Source of the DNA: a virus
Reading direction: 5' to 3' (one strand)
Length of the DNA stretch: 64,000 nucleotides
Virus record (IMG/VR): IMGVR_UViG_3300024346_007254
Coordinates: 10,883-74,882 of that record
The position numbers were made by a program, and so were the translations under genes. This document shows, piece by piece, positions 1-8,727 of this stretch (the stretch's first letter is position 1; each line of letters starts with the position of its first letter). A model generated the notes under the pieces. The model searched no databases. It saw nothing but the letters and a program-made list of their open reading frames with translations, and was not told the DNA's origin.

Positions 1-231
1 ATCTCTAGCAACAATTGGATCACCTAAGTTGCCGCACATATACAATGTCTTAAGCTGCTTGATAAAGCTGGGCTCAAACATTACTTTAATGTCGTCAAGT
101 GTAAGTTCGCTCAAGTCGATGTGCGGATTAACTGCTCCGCCGTTTTGATTACGGTCACACATCGGACAAGCTGCTTGACAATTCTGTGTGTTTTCTAAAT
201 GAATTACTCTAATATCTTCGTACTTGTACAT
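1..231 (-). CDS. radical SAM protein, N-terminal part (runs off the left edge; missing from the ORF track)
   Basis: Manual translation from ATG at 231 gives MYKYEDIRVIHLENTQNCQAACPMCDRNQNGG...YMCGNLGDP. It has CxxxCxxC and closely parallels 16948-18012 (HLEITNRCQAACPMC...FCGNYGDP). Confidence 0.9.
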   Translation of the reverse strand, partial: MYKYEDIRVIHLENTQNCQAACPMCDRNQNGGAVNPHIDLSELTLDDIKVMFEPSFIKQLKTLYMCGNLGDPIVARD

Positions 232-1053
232 TTATTTTAATGCCTTTAAAATTTCTGGAGCAACATAATTAGTCATAAGTTCGGTATTTCCTTTTGGTCC
301 CATGTGGTTGCCGATGTCAGTCCAGTGTTTATCCAAAAGTCCTGTTTCTTGTACTACAAAATCAACAATGTTAATACTAGGGGCCGTGTTCTTGTCCCAA
401 ATTTGCAGCCAAGGATAAACAAGATGGGGAATATTTTTATTTTCAATAAGCGCATGAGTATAGTATAATTGAGCCTGTATAGACTCTAGATGATGATACC
501 CCCCTACTTCGCCTACAGCGTAGACGTTCATCTTATTAAGTAAATCAAATACCCATTTTACTTTTTTAGATATCCTATTCCCTGGCTGACTGGCTATTCC
601 AGGATTTACCCATATTCCTCCCAAAAGTGGATCAACCCCAAATTTAGGAAGATCACTGTACGGTAACAAATAATGATTGTTGCGAGACTTATTATCACCT
701 GTAGGATGTCTCTGCAGATTTCTTGGATCAATTGCATTGAAGAATTTTTTAGAATTAAAAAGTAGACCTAAGCGGTGAGGAGTTGTTACTTGCCAAACAA
801 TAAAATCAGGAGTATAATATTCTAAATATTTTTGGATAATCATTGCTTGTGTTGCTACTGAACTACATAAAACTGATACATTGTATAATTCAAAGTCATC
901 TAGGCCGCCTTCTTCTAATAGATCATAAAGAATATCCGTCGGAGTTAGGTCGTATGGATTTAAATCTTCCTTTTGAAATTTCTTTAGCTTCTCTACTTTA
1001 GAACCGTATAAGCCACGTGTAAAGCTACATCCAACTACTAATATTTTTTTCAT
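232..1053 (-). CDS. SGNH/GDSL-like protein (GCS variant), putative acyl esterase or acyltransferase
   Basis: N-terminal ILVVGCSFT resembles SGNH block I, and there is a C-terminal D..xH (DIGNH). Four paralogs lie in the window. Confidence 0.55.
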   Translation of the reverse strand: MKKILVVGCSFTRGLYGSKVEKLKKFQKEDLNPYDLTPTDILYDLLEEGGLDDFELYNVSVLCSSVATQAMIIQKYLEYYTPDFIVWQVTTPHRLGLLFNSKKFFNAIDPRNLQRHPTGDNKSRNNHYLLPYSDLPKFGVDPLLGGIWVNPGIASQPGNRISKKVKWVFDLLNKMNVYAVGEVGGYHHLESIQAQLYYTHALIENKNIPHLVYPWLQIWDKNTAPSINIVDFVVQETGLLDKHWTDIGNHMGPKGNTELMTNYVAPEILKALK

Positions 1054-1274
1054 TCATCTAATACCAATTTTACTTGTTTGCCCGGACCTACTTTGCTCGG
1101 TAAATCGCCGTAACGATCTATATACCATTCAATAACAGCTTTGTACCAGTTTTGGCTATTATGATGTGCCTTTTGATTAAACTGCCATATGTTATTGTTT
1201 GTTGCTTCCATTGTACTTAGTGCTCTTGCACTTTCCGTTTGCAACTCTCTTAAACTTAAATCACTTATATCCAA
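1050..1274 (-). CDS. hypothetical protein, 74 aa
   Basis: Fills the gap between its neighbours with short overlaps; no motif recognised. Confidence 0.7.
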   Translation of the reverse strand: MDISDLSLRELQTESARALSTMEATNNNIWQFNQKAHHNSQNWYKAVIEWYIDRYGDLPSKVGPGKQVKLVLDE

Positions 1275-2226
1275 TTTTCATAAACCTTGTATACTTTTCT
1301 AATTCAAGTTTTCCTTCGTAAAGAACTGTTGTCATTGGTGCAGATTTGCTGAACTCTTCGATTGACGAAGAACAGTTAACATGCTCTTCTATTTCAAAAT
1401 AGTTATTACTTTGAAGTATTACTAGTTTGCCATTGGGTATCTTTGCATACCAATCTGTAAAATTTTCAATATGTTCACAGCTTGTATTAATAATTGTATC
1501 CGGAACATCTAGCACATTGCATTCTGAGCCGTCTGCTCTCCTAACTGTGGATACGTGTTCTTCAAAATTAATCGATTGTATATCCTGTGTTGAAGCTTGG
1601 AATTTCCAATCATCGATCACCCAAGGCTTATTGAACACTTTAGCAATGCCTTCGCATTTAAAATCAATATCAAAACTACGTATCTTGTCAACCTTTATAT
1701 TTGACTCAAACAACATAACTGCTAGAGTAGCATACCATCCTGCACATAAAAATACTGTTCCGAGATCGATTTTAGTTCTCTGAAGTTCTTCAACAAGCCA
1801 TTGTTTACTTTGTAGCTGACCTCTGCTAAAGCAATCTTCGTCTATTTCTATTTCATTAACAAAGAAATTTTTAAATGCAGCAATAAATTGCGTTTCGACA
1901 TATCGGTCAAGTATAGGCCAAAGCTTCCATGTATTATCTTCGAGTACAAGTTTTCGTAAGTCGTCGTCATCGATAAGTCTAAATATACTATGCAAATTTT
2001 GTTCTGTAACAGCTTTTCTTAATTCTTCAGTATCATACTTATCAACAATACGAAACAAGCTATGTAAGTTTTTTTCTAGTACTGCTTTACGTAAGTCGTC
2101 ATTGGCATTGGTCAACCTAAAAAGACTAGAAATATCTTGGTCGATGTATGTTCGTCTTAAATCTGCCAATTTTATATTAGTATAGTACAGTAATTCAAAT
2201 CTATCTAATAGTTCAAAAGTTTTCAT
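1261..2226 (-). CDS. class I SAM-dependent methyltransferase-like protein with N-terminal helical repeats
   Basis: Motifs VFLCAGWYA, IRSFDID, IINTSCEH and LQSNNY; paralog of 20027-20632. Start moved to 2226, which gives an ATGA overlap with the upstream stop. Confidence 0.7.
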   Translation of the reverse strand: MKTFELLDRFELLYYTNIKLADLRRTYIDQDISSLFRLTNANDDLRKAVLEKNLHSLFRIVDKYDTEELRKAVTEQNLHSIFRLIDDDDLRKLVLEDNTWKLWPILDRYVETQFIAAFKNFFVNEIEIDEDCFSRGQLQSKQWLVEELQRTKIDLGTVFLCAGWYATLAVMLFESNIKVDKIRSFDIDFKCEGIAKVFNKPWVIDDWKFQASTQDIQSINFEEHVSTVRRADGSECNVLDVPDTIINTSCEHIENFTDWYAKIPNGKLVILQSNNYFEIEEHVNCSSSIEEFSKSAPMTTVLYEGKLELEKYTRFMKIGYK

Positions 2227-2936
2227 AGAGTTAGTTTCCATTTCTCTTTATTATAACACGCATAGCACACACCGTCAATCAATAATTTGTCATTTGTTAT
2301 TTCGTATCTTACTGGCGGATCTGCTTTTGTTGGGTTAGCATAGAACGGACAATGATCGGTTAGCTCTTTAAAAAATGTATTTGCGGGCGCTGATCTTCTG
2401 TAAACGCCCGGCGAATCCGAAAGTGCTGTACTATCAACTGCAAAGTTCATGCCAACAACTTCGGCAACTTCGGTATCTTGTGGAGAAATACATTCAACTG
2501 GAAATTTCTTTTTAAACTTTCCTACAAAGTCTGTAATAACTACAGGCACTGGTTTATTGTACAACTCAGCTACCATTAATCGAGTGCCGCCAGGATGTAT
2601 TGCAATGTTCATCTTTCCAAACCAACTTAAACTTACCGGGGAAGTAATTCCAACTCCTGTTTTAATATCGTCGATGATTTTTGATAGAGCATTTAGCTTT
2701 CCGATGTGACTGTCATTTAGCCATGCTTCGTTGCTAAGAACAACATTACTATCTGCAAATAACGAATTAATTAGCCTTGATAGATACATATCGCTGTTAT
2801 CGTCTGTAAAAGTTTTACTAATTTCTGCTAAAGTTAAAAATGATATATAAGTTTTTGTGCCATGAAAATTATCAAACTCATTAGTTAACTCTACAAAATG
2901 CTGATAATCTTTTACAGTATGAACTTGTAAATCCAT
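2223..2936 (-). CDS. hypothetical protein
   Basis: 237-aa ORF coupled to both neighbours. IHPGGTR only weakly resembles the ParB/Srx motif. Confidence 0.6.
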   Translation of the reverse strand: MDLQVHTVKDYQHFVELTNEFDNFHGTKTYISFLTLAEISKTFTDDNSDMYLSRLINSLFADSNVVLSNEAWLNDSHIGKLNALSKIIDDIKTGVGITSPVSLSWFGKMNIAIHPGGTRLMVAELYNKPVPVVITDFVGKFKKKFPVECISPQDTEVAEVVGMNFAVDSTALSDSPGVYRRSAPANTFFKELTDHCPFYANPTKADPPVRYEITNDKLLIDGVCYACYNKEKWKLTL

Positions 2937-3907
2937 TATTGCTTTACCTCTATTGTAGTTCCTAACATCTGACCAACTTTTGCTTTTGGACTGTTACTCC
3001 AAACTAACACTTCGGCGTCGTCATATAAAAAGTCGCAATCTTTGCAATAAGAAATTTCATCAAATCTTCCTTCTGCATGTTTGGTTCGTAGTTCGTTGTA
3101 CAAGTCTCCAAAGTATATTTCTTCAAAGCTTTGTGTATCGAAGTGCCCGAGCACACTTGCACTCTCGGTAGGCGGTCCGAGCACTTGACAACAAGGCGTT
3201 ACGGCTGCGCGATGCCCGTTAATCCCACCTGCTCGTATTGTAAGTTCGTCTGCTGCTGGACGACCGCAACTACGACGTTCTCCTTTTCGTCCATACTCCG
3301 GAGAATAGTTTCCGCTCCAGTTATGCATCTTCCATATAAAGCCTTCGGTACCAACAGGATATACAAAGTTGTTTTGGTATTGTTCAACTTCATAGTCCAC
3401 TTGTGTTGGATCTAATATAAGGTGATAACTGTCAAGATCGCACTTGCTATTTGTTTCTTTAATATATGCTTTTGCTTGTGTTGCATTATTATAAATCAAG
3501 TCCCAATTGTCAACGTCCATCCATTTAGCATATGTTTCTCTATTGTACCCAATAACACTAAAACGAAACAGCGTTAATCCTGCATCAATACTGTCTTTCA
3601 TAAGTCTATCTGAAAACTTACTTCCATTGCTGTAAATAAAGCTTGGCAAGCCACGGCGTGTACATGCTTCGATATATGCAGGAAGGTCTGCTGCCATTGT
3701 AGGTTCGCCGCTGCCTTCTAAATTGATAACAGGCTTTCCATACTTTGGAGTAATTTGATCTAAGATTTCTTCAAACTGCTTGAGTGGCATCTTACGCAAG
3801 AATTGTTTCTCTCGGCCGGGATTAGATTGCGGACACATCTGGCAAGTATAGTTGCAGCCGCCAAATATTTCAATTACAACTCTTTGTAAATTTACATCAG
3901 GATTCAT
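2936..3907 (-). CDS. radical SAM protein with C-terminal SPASM/twitch domain
   Basis: CNYTCQMC and GSGEP, then C-terminal RSC...VTPCC...CKDC. Confidence 0.92.
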   Translation of the reverse strand: MNPDVNLQRVVIEIFGGCNYTCQMCPQSNPGREKQFLRKMPLKQFEEILDQITPKYGKPVINLEGSGEPTMAADLPAYIEACTRRGLPSFIYSNGSKFSDRLMKDSIDAGLTLFRFSVIGYNRETYAKWMDVDNWDLIYNNATQAKAYIKETNSKCDLDSYHLILDPTQVDYEVEQYQNNFVYPVGTEGFIWKMHNWSGNYSPEYGRKGERRSCGRPAADELTIRAGGINGHRAAVTPCCQVLGPPTESASVLGHFDTQSFEEIYFGDLYNELRTKHAEGRFDEISYCKDCDFLYDDAEVLVWSNSPKAKVGQMLGTTIEVKQ

Positions 3908-5195
3908 TAAATTTTTCTCTTAACCAATTAAAGTCATTAATCTTCTTTAATGCTTCTTTATCGTTCTGATTTCTTGCGCCATAAGCTGCGCCAGCTTTGG
4001 CGCCAGCTAATGCATATTTACCAAACGGGCGATCTTCGCCTACAGTACACCATGTTTGCAAACGAGTTTGTGTTTCTTCATCTTTTTGTCTGTCAATAAC
4101 TTTAGAGGAAAGCTTAACGCATTCTCTAAATGCACTTTTCCATGTATTATACGGATCGGTATTAAATCCAGTTATGTTGCTAATCTCTTGTACTGCTCTA
4201 AACTTGCTGCTAATGCTAGTTGTCATATCGGGCTTAGATAAGTCCATGTTAACTGTCATTTCGGTTGGCAACAACTTTACACCACCATACCCGTACACCA
4301 ATCCATTAATAGGATTCTGGCTGCGCCATACATGAACAATATCTTGATCCCATTTTGGAGCCAAATAATCAAACTTAAAACCGTCTACAATTAGTGCGTC
4401 AGCATCTACTACCCAGAACATGCTGGTCCTGCATAGCTTTGCTGCTTCAATGTGTGCGTTGTGTATGCCCTTAACACCATGTACACGCTTTGCACGTGGT
4501 GCAATCTGCAATAGCTTTTCGTAGTTTTCGTCTGCATTAGGTTCTTCATAACTCATAAACACTATGTCGTATTCTGTTGGGTTTGCAACAAACTTGAGTT
4601 CGTATTCTCTTCTAGTAAACTTTGCATCTTTGCTGCACAATACAATACCGTCTTGATGTATTCCGTTAACGTAAGAATGATTAACTTTTCTGTCATATGA
4701 TTCGTGGTGACTGAAATACTTGTCAAATGCAACGTTGCAAGAAGGAGTAATGCCATTAGTAATAATCCAAAACATTTGATACGTTGATTTGTTTAGGGCA
4801 TCTAAATAATCATCGTATGTATTTGTGTGAAAAATTTCATAAGGTGCTGGAACACTAGCAGTAACGTCTACTTCTTTTTTATTCATAAAAAAACGATAGT
4901 TGAATTCTCTACTAGTGATTGGTGCATGTTTTGGGACTAGTGCTATTCCGTCATACGTCTCGCCATTTTTAAACGTATGTATGTACTCTGTACTCCATTC
5001 ATCAAGCCGAAAATCAAATTGAAACTTGTCATCAACAATAACATCGTCGTATACTGTCCAAAAGAAATCGGTTAATGAAATACGCTGGGCTTCATGGAAC
5101 GAGGATGCCCGCTTTGCCAAAGGAAAGCGTTTTTTAAGCTTTGCCCATTCTGGATTATCATAGTTAGTTGGCTGAATAAACACGATATCATACAT
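3897..5195 (-). CDS. glycosyltransferase-like protein (GT-A fold), three tandem related domains
   Basis: The C-terminal domain YDIVFMSYEEPNA...HGVKGIHNAH...FWVVDAD has a DxD motif; paralog of 33261-34190. Start placed at ATG 5195, just downstream of a consensus promoter. Confidence 0.65.
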   Translation of the reverse strand: MYDIVFIQPTNYDNPEWAKLKKRFPLAKRASSFHEAQRISLTDFFWTVYDDVIVDDKFQFDFRLDEWSTEYIHTFKNGETYDGIALVPKHAPITSREFNYRFFMNKKEVDVTASVPAPYEIFHTNTYDDYLDALNKSTYQMFWIITNGITPSCNVAFDKYFSHHESYDRKVNHSYVNGIHQDGIVLCSKDAKFTRREYELKFVANPTEYDIVFMSYEEPNADENYEKLLQIAPRAKRVHGVKGIHNAHIEAAKLCRTSMFWVVDADALIVDGFKFDYLAPKWDQDIVHVWRSQNPINGLVYGYGGVKLLPTEMTVNMDLSKPDMTTSISSKFRAVQEISNITGFNTDPYNTWKSAFRECVKLSSKVIDRQKDEETQTRLQTWCTVGEDRPFGKYALAGAKAGAAYGARNQNDKEALKKINDFNWLREKFNES

Positions 5196-5202
5196 ATACT
5201 TA

Positions 5203-5231
5203 ATTATAACATAATAGATTTGCCGTGTCAA
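5203..5231 (-). promoter_or_regulatory. consensus sigma70-type promoter
   Basis: The minus strand reads TTGACA-17 nt-TATAAT with a TG extended -10. ATG 5195 follows 7 nt after the -10. Confidence 0.85.
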
Positions 5232-5240
5232 CTTATTGAA

Positions 5241-5246
5241 TAAATA
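5241..5246 (+). promoter_or_regulatory. putative late promoter box TAAATA
   Basis: TAAATA-5 nt-ATG(5252); no Shine-Dalgarno sequence. Confidence 0.6.
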
Positions 5247-5251
5247 TTGTA

Positions 5252-6397
5252 ATGATATATGATGGTGGAACTTACAGAATAAATATTGAAGGTGAAGATA
5301 GCACCGTAATTCTCGATTCGTCTACAAACACAATCAAAGCGAATTTAGTAGACATTAATAATCAAACAGCGTTTAATCCAATTAATAGAGAATTTAACGG
5401 CGACTTTGTTGGAAATTTTCGCGGTAACATTGTAAACAGCCAAGGCGACAAACTTTACAACTGGAAAACGCAACAATTAAAAGCTAACATTATAAGCAAT
5501 GACGGAATCATTTCGTATAACTCCGACGCTAACGAATTTTACGGCAAGTTTGTTGGCACACATCTTGGAGATATTGTTAACCAACAAAACGAAATAGTTT
5601 ACAATGCAGATCAAAGATCTTTGTCCGCAAGTCTAAGAAGCATTAATGGCGATCTAGCTTATGACGCAAGTACAAATACTATCATGGCAAATTTTAGTGG
5701 AAAGATTATCAATAGTATTAATGTTAGTGTACGGAATTCAACAAGTACAAAAACGTTAGTTGATGTAATAAGCGAGACTGTACATGCCCGTGTAATTGGA
5801 AATGTTATTTCTAACGACGGAGAAACTATAGTTAATGCTACTAGAAACTCCGTTAAGACCAAAACCGTAAAAACTGCAAATCTACGTCCATGGGAATATG
5901 ACACCGGACTTACTATTGGACAAAACAACAGCGACCTAACCTTAATATCTGGAAAAAATGGAATTGACATTGTAAAACAAGATCATAGCGATTCTCTCTC
6001 ACAACGCAACCGAATTAATTTTATAACCGATCTTAACGCTGCGTTGAATGAGCGGCTATTAGCAAGTATCGAAGGTACCGGAATTCACAACGGAGAATTA
6101 TACCAAGGCGGGGTGTTAGCTTTTGGCATAGACAAAGACTTTAAGGCAAAGGGCGAATTTAGCAGTATTCCTTCTTGGTTTGGAGTGTTTGTTAATGACG
6201 GTAGTGCTCCAACTTATGGAATCGAGAACGCACTAACTCAAAGTTTAATATTTGATCATACTGGCATTTTAAATATTCCAGTATTGAAACTTAGAGGTAA
6301 ACAGCCAAAAAACCCCGAAGAGGGTACTATTATCTTTAATAAAAAGCTTAAAAAGTTTCAAGGATATACTGGCGACGAGTGGGTTAATTTACATTAA
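5252..6397 (+). CDS. putative virion fibre-like protein with short beta repeats
   Basis: Asn/Gly-rich ~22-aa repeats (NIVNSQGDKLYN / NIISNDGIISYN / DIVNQQNEIVYN). The C-terminal EGTIIFNKKLKKFQGYTGDEW resembles the G.LWYD....LK.YDG..W motif of the fibre genes in this window. Confidence 0.5.
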   Translation: MIYDGGTYRINIEGEDSTVILDSSTNTIKANLVDINNQTAFNPINREFNGDFVGNFRGNIVNSQGDKLYNWKTQQLKANIISNDGIISYNSDANEFYGKFVGTHLGDIVNQQNEIVYNADQRSLSASLRSINGDLAYDASTNTIMANFSGKIINSINVSVRNSTSTKTLVDVISETVHARVIGNVISNDGETIVNATRNSVKTKTVKTANLRPWEYDTGLTIGQNNSDLTLISGKNGIDIVKQDHSDSLSQRNRINFITDLNAALNERLLASIEGTGIHNGELYQGGVLAFGIDKDFKAKGEFSSIPSWFGVFVNDGSAPTYGIENALTQSLIFDHTGILNIPVLKLRGKQPKNPEEGTIIFNKKLKKFQGYTGDEWVNLH

Positions 6398-6882
6398 TGA
6401 AATATATAGGAAATTATCAATTTGATGGGTTGCGAGAATTAGCAATTATGCACGTCGGATCTAGACGGCCACGCGATATACCCCACAAAGAAAGTTGGGA
6501 CGGATATACAGCGGCATCAAAAGCTGGGCATTATGATTTAAATGCAGTGTATTGGGAAATTGTAGAACAAGGACAAATTGATACTGATTTAAAATTTCCG
6601 TGGACAAATTCAAACACGCACTGGTGGATTTCAAAAATGACTCCAGGACAGTTTATGCCGATGCACGTAGATCCAATAGCTGAAAAACGCAAATGCAATA
6701 GATACTGGATCCCGTTACAAGATTACGAACCAGGACATATCTTTATTTACGATACTGAGTTAATTAAAGATTATGTTGCAGGAGACGTTTATCAGTTCAA
6801 CGACAGCGACGGTTATCACGGCGCTGCAAACATCGGGCACAGCGTTAGATTAGTATTGCAAGTAAACGAATATTTTGACTAA
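6397..6882 (+). CDS. 2OG-Fe(II) oxygenase / Asp-Asn beta-hydroxylase-like protein
   Basis: HxD (PMHVD), distal His (YHGAANIG) and Arg (VRLVLQV). Confidence 0.75.
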   Translation: MKYIGNYQFDGLRELAIMHVGSRRPRDIPHKESWDGYTAASKAGHYDLNAVYWEIVEQGQIDTDLKFPWTNSNTHWWISKMTPGQFMPMHVDPIAEKRKCNRYWIPLQDYEPGHIFIYDTELIKDYVAGDVYQFNDSDGYHGAANIGHSVRLVLQVNEYFD

Positions 6883-7445
6883 TTCCATCTAACTGACAAA
6901 TCAGAAATATAACTTTGGCTATTAAGTACATAATCAACCGCTTCGATTAATTGTTCGCTGTCTGTAAACGGTTCGTTATTACTAGCTTCTAATAGGTTTC
7001 CAAATTTTATTAAAATGCTTTGTGGCATATTATGCCAATTGTTAGTTAAATGGTCATAACAAAGTTCTTTGTGTGCTTTTTCTAAAAGTAATTTCGTACT
7101 TACATACTCGCTTTGAAATCCACGCAACAGTTGAAGATCGTTGACGCTAAAATCAGTTGCTAATGTTCCAAATGATATAATTTTTTTAATATCAAAATTT
7201 GCGTTCTTTTTCCACGTGTTAAATACTCGAATAGCAAGTTCTGATTGCGAATGCCCAATACATGCAATGTTAAAGAACACATCTGCATCTTTTGCTAATT
7301 CAACAACTCGATCACATGATTCTTGCGTTAAAAGATCAAACCCATTTGAACGAGATACAACTAACCAGTTGTATTGGTTTTTGTACTTCTCAAAAATGAT
7401 ATTACCAACTGGGTTAGTCGACCCAGTTATAATTGCTGTTTTCAT
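6879..7445 (-). CDS. short SDR-like oxidoreductase
   Basis: AIITGSTNPVG Rossmann start, VFFNIA and YVSTK (YxxxK). Confidence 0.65.
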   Translation of the reverse strand: MKTAIITGSTNPVGNIIFEKYKNQYNWLVVSRSNGFDLLTQESCDRVVELAKDADVFFNIACIGHSQSELAIRVFNTWKKNANFDIKKIISFGTLATDFSVNDLQLLRGFQSEYVSTKLLLEKAHKELCYDHLTNNWHNMPQSILIKFGNLLEASNNEPFTDSEQLIEAVDYVLNSQSYISDLSVRWN

Positions 7446-7888
7446 TTGATATTAAATCCTGCAAAAGTAAAATTAGGATTATCAATCCAAAATCTAATTG
7501 TATTTCCAATTAGTTTGTAATTTTTATAGCTGGTGCTAGTTAGTTTTAAATATAGCATCGGATGTGTACTGTGTCTTGACAGTTTAACAAATTCATTTTC
7601 TAATGATTCTTTTGTTTTACTGTATTTTGGAGTGTCTGGATTATGAAAAGTGCTTGCAATACTGCCACATACTACAATACTACATTTTTTATTCAATCTT
7701 TCAAGATAGTCAAGTTGTGTTCCGTTAGCATATGCATTCAATATAACAAGACTATCTTGTTCGATCGAGCTGCATATATTGTTAATATCTTGCTCTATGT
7801 TGTATTCTGGCCTATCAAACCCAAAACAATTAAATTCGTGTTTTAAATATAACCCAAGACCGCGTGTGCTTCCTGTTATATACCTCAA
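7442..7888 (-). CDS. short SDR-like oxidoreductase
   Basis: YITGSTRGLG, ILNA, GS and YSKTK (YxxxK); only 148 aa. Confidence 0.65.
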   Translation of the reverse strand: MRYITGSTRGLGLYLKHEFNCFGFDRPEYNIEQDINNICSSIEQDSLVILNAYANGTQLDYLERLNKKCSIVVCGSIASTFHNPDTPKYSKTKESLENEFVKLSRHSTHPMLYLKLTSTSYKNYKLIGNTIRFWIDNPNFTFAGFNIK

Positions 7889-8700
7889 TAGTGCTCCAAA
7901 TGATCAATTCCTAGTGTCTTTCTAAAGCTGTCACTAAACTTGCAATCAATGCGCAATCCGTATTCAACTTCTTTAGATTCCTCGCCGCCGTGCCAGTCTT
8001 CGTCATTCCAAAATGCTGCATTACAATTTATGTAGTGCTTATTTTCTGTTTCCGGGTCCCAAATATAAAAGCCACGCTTGGTTCTATAACGGATGTGAAT
8101 AAACTCGTTGTTGTGCTGCGAGTACTGTTTATCGTCAAAGACTCCATTATTTGCATCGAGGTCTCTGTGTTCAAATGCTCGGCCGTTATGGTCGCAATGG
8201 AAAAATATTACTCTGCCAATGCGATCAATAATTCCACTAGTTTGTAAATTCTCAACCCATTTTACAATACCCGGAAAGTATACACTCTCTTCCGTCTTTT
8301 GTCGTGCAGTGTTACGTTCATTCCAGTCACCTTGTTCCCAAAGGAAATAATAAATGTAAGGATCGTTTGCGCCCATAGTAGCTTTAAGGTAACGAGTAAA
8401 AATGTTACGATTTCTAAAATCTTTTAAATCTGTAAAATATAGCTTATCCCCTATAATTCTGATCGGATCATCTTCAGGAAGTTCGAGATATTCTTCAACT
8501 GCTTTGTAAATTGGTTTCCAATCCATTGTATAGCTCATGTCTTTAAAGTCAAATCCAGGAGACATCCAAGTTCCTTCTTTTGCATAATCTCGTGCTAATG
8601 CAAAACCCTTTGCTATTTCAGGATGCAATCCCTTAAATCCGTCAATATCTAAATACGGGTCTAAGTTAATATACGGTCGATTTCCAATTCCTCTTATCAT
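7885..8700 (-). CDS. 2OG-Fe(II) oxygenase-like protein
   Basis: FEHRD ... DWHGG ... LRID facial-triad-like pattern. Confidence 0.6.
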   Translation of the reverse strand: MIRGIGNRPYINLDPYLDIDGFKGLHPEIAKGFALARDYAKEGTWMSPGFDFKDMSYTMDWKPIYKAVEEYLELPEDDPIRIIGDKLYFTDLKDFRNRNIFTRYLKATMGANDPYIYYFLWEQGDWNERNTARQKTEESVYFPGIVKWVENLQTSGIIDRIGRVIFFHCDHNGRAFEHRDLDANNGVFDDKQYSQHNNEFIHIRYRTKRGFYIWDPETENKHYINCNAAFWNDEDWHGGEESKEVEYGLRIDCKFSDSFRKTLGIDHLEHY

Positions 8701-8705
8701 GTATC

Positions 8706-8722
8706 TATTTACTTGATAACTA
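8706..8722. promoter_or_regulatory. back-to-back putative late promoter boxes
   Basis: Minus strand: TAAATA (8706-8711)-5 nt-ATG 8700. Plus strand: TAACTA (8717-8722)-5 nt-ATG 8728. Confidence 0.55.
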
Positions 8723-8727
8723 AGTGT

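Noticed and set aside
1050-1274. RiPP precursor peptide for the SPASM/twitch enzymes
   Set aside because: No leader/core structure, and no PqqD/RRE domain, peptidase or exporter is seen. Sugar-type enzymes dominate the neighbourhood.
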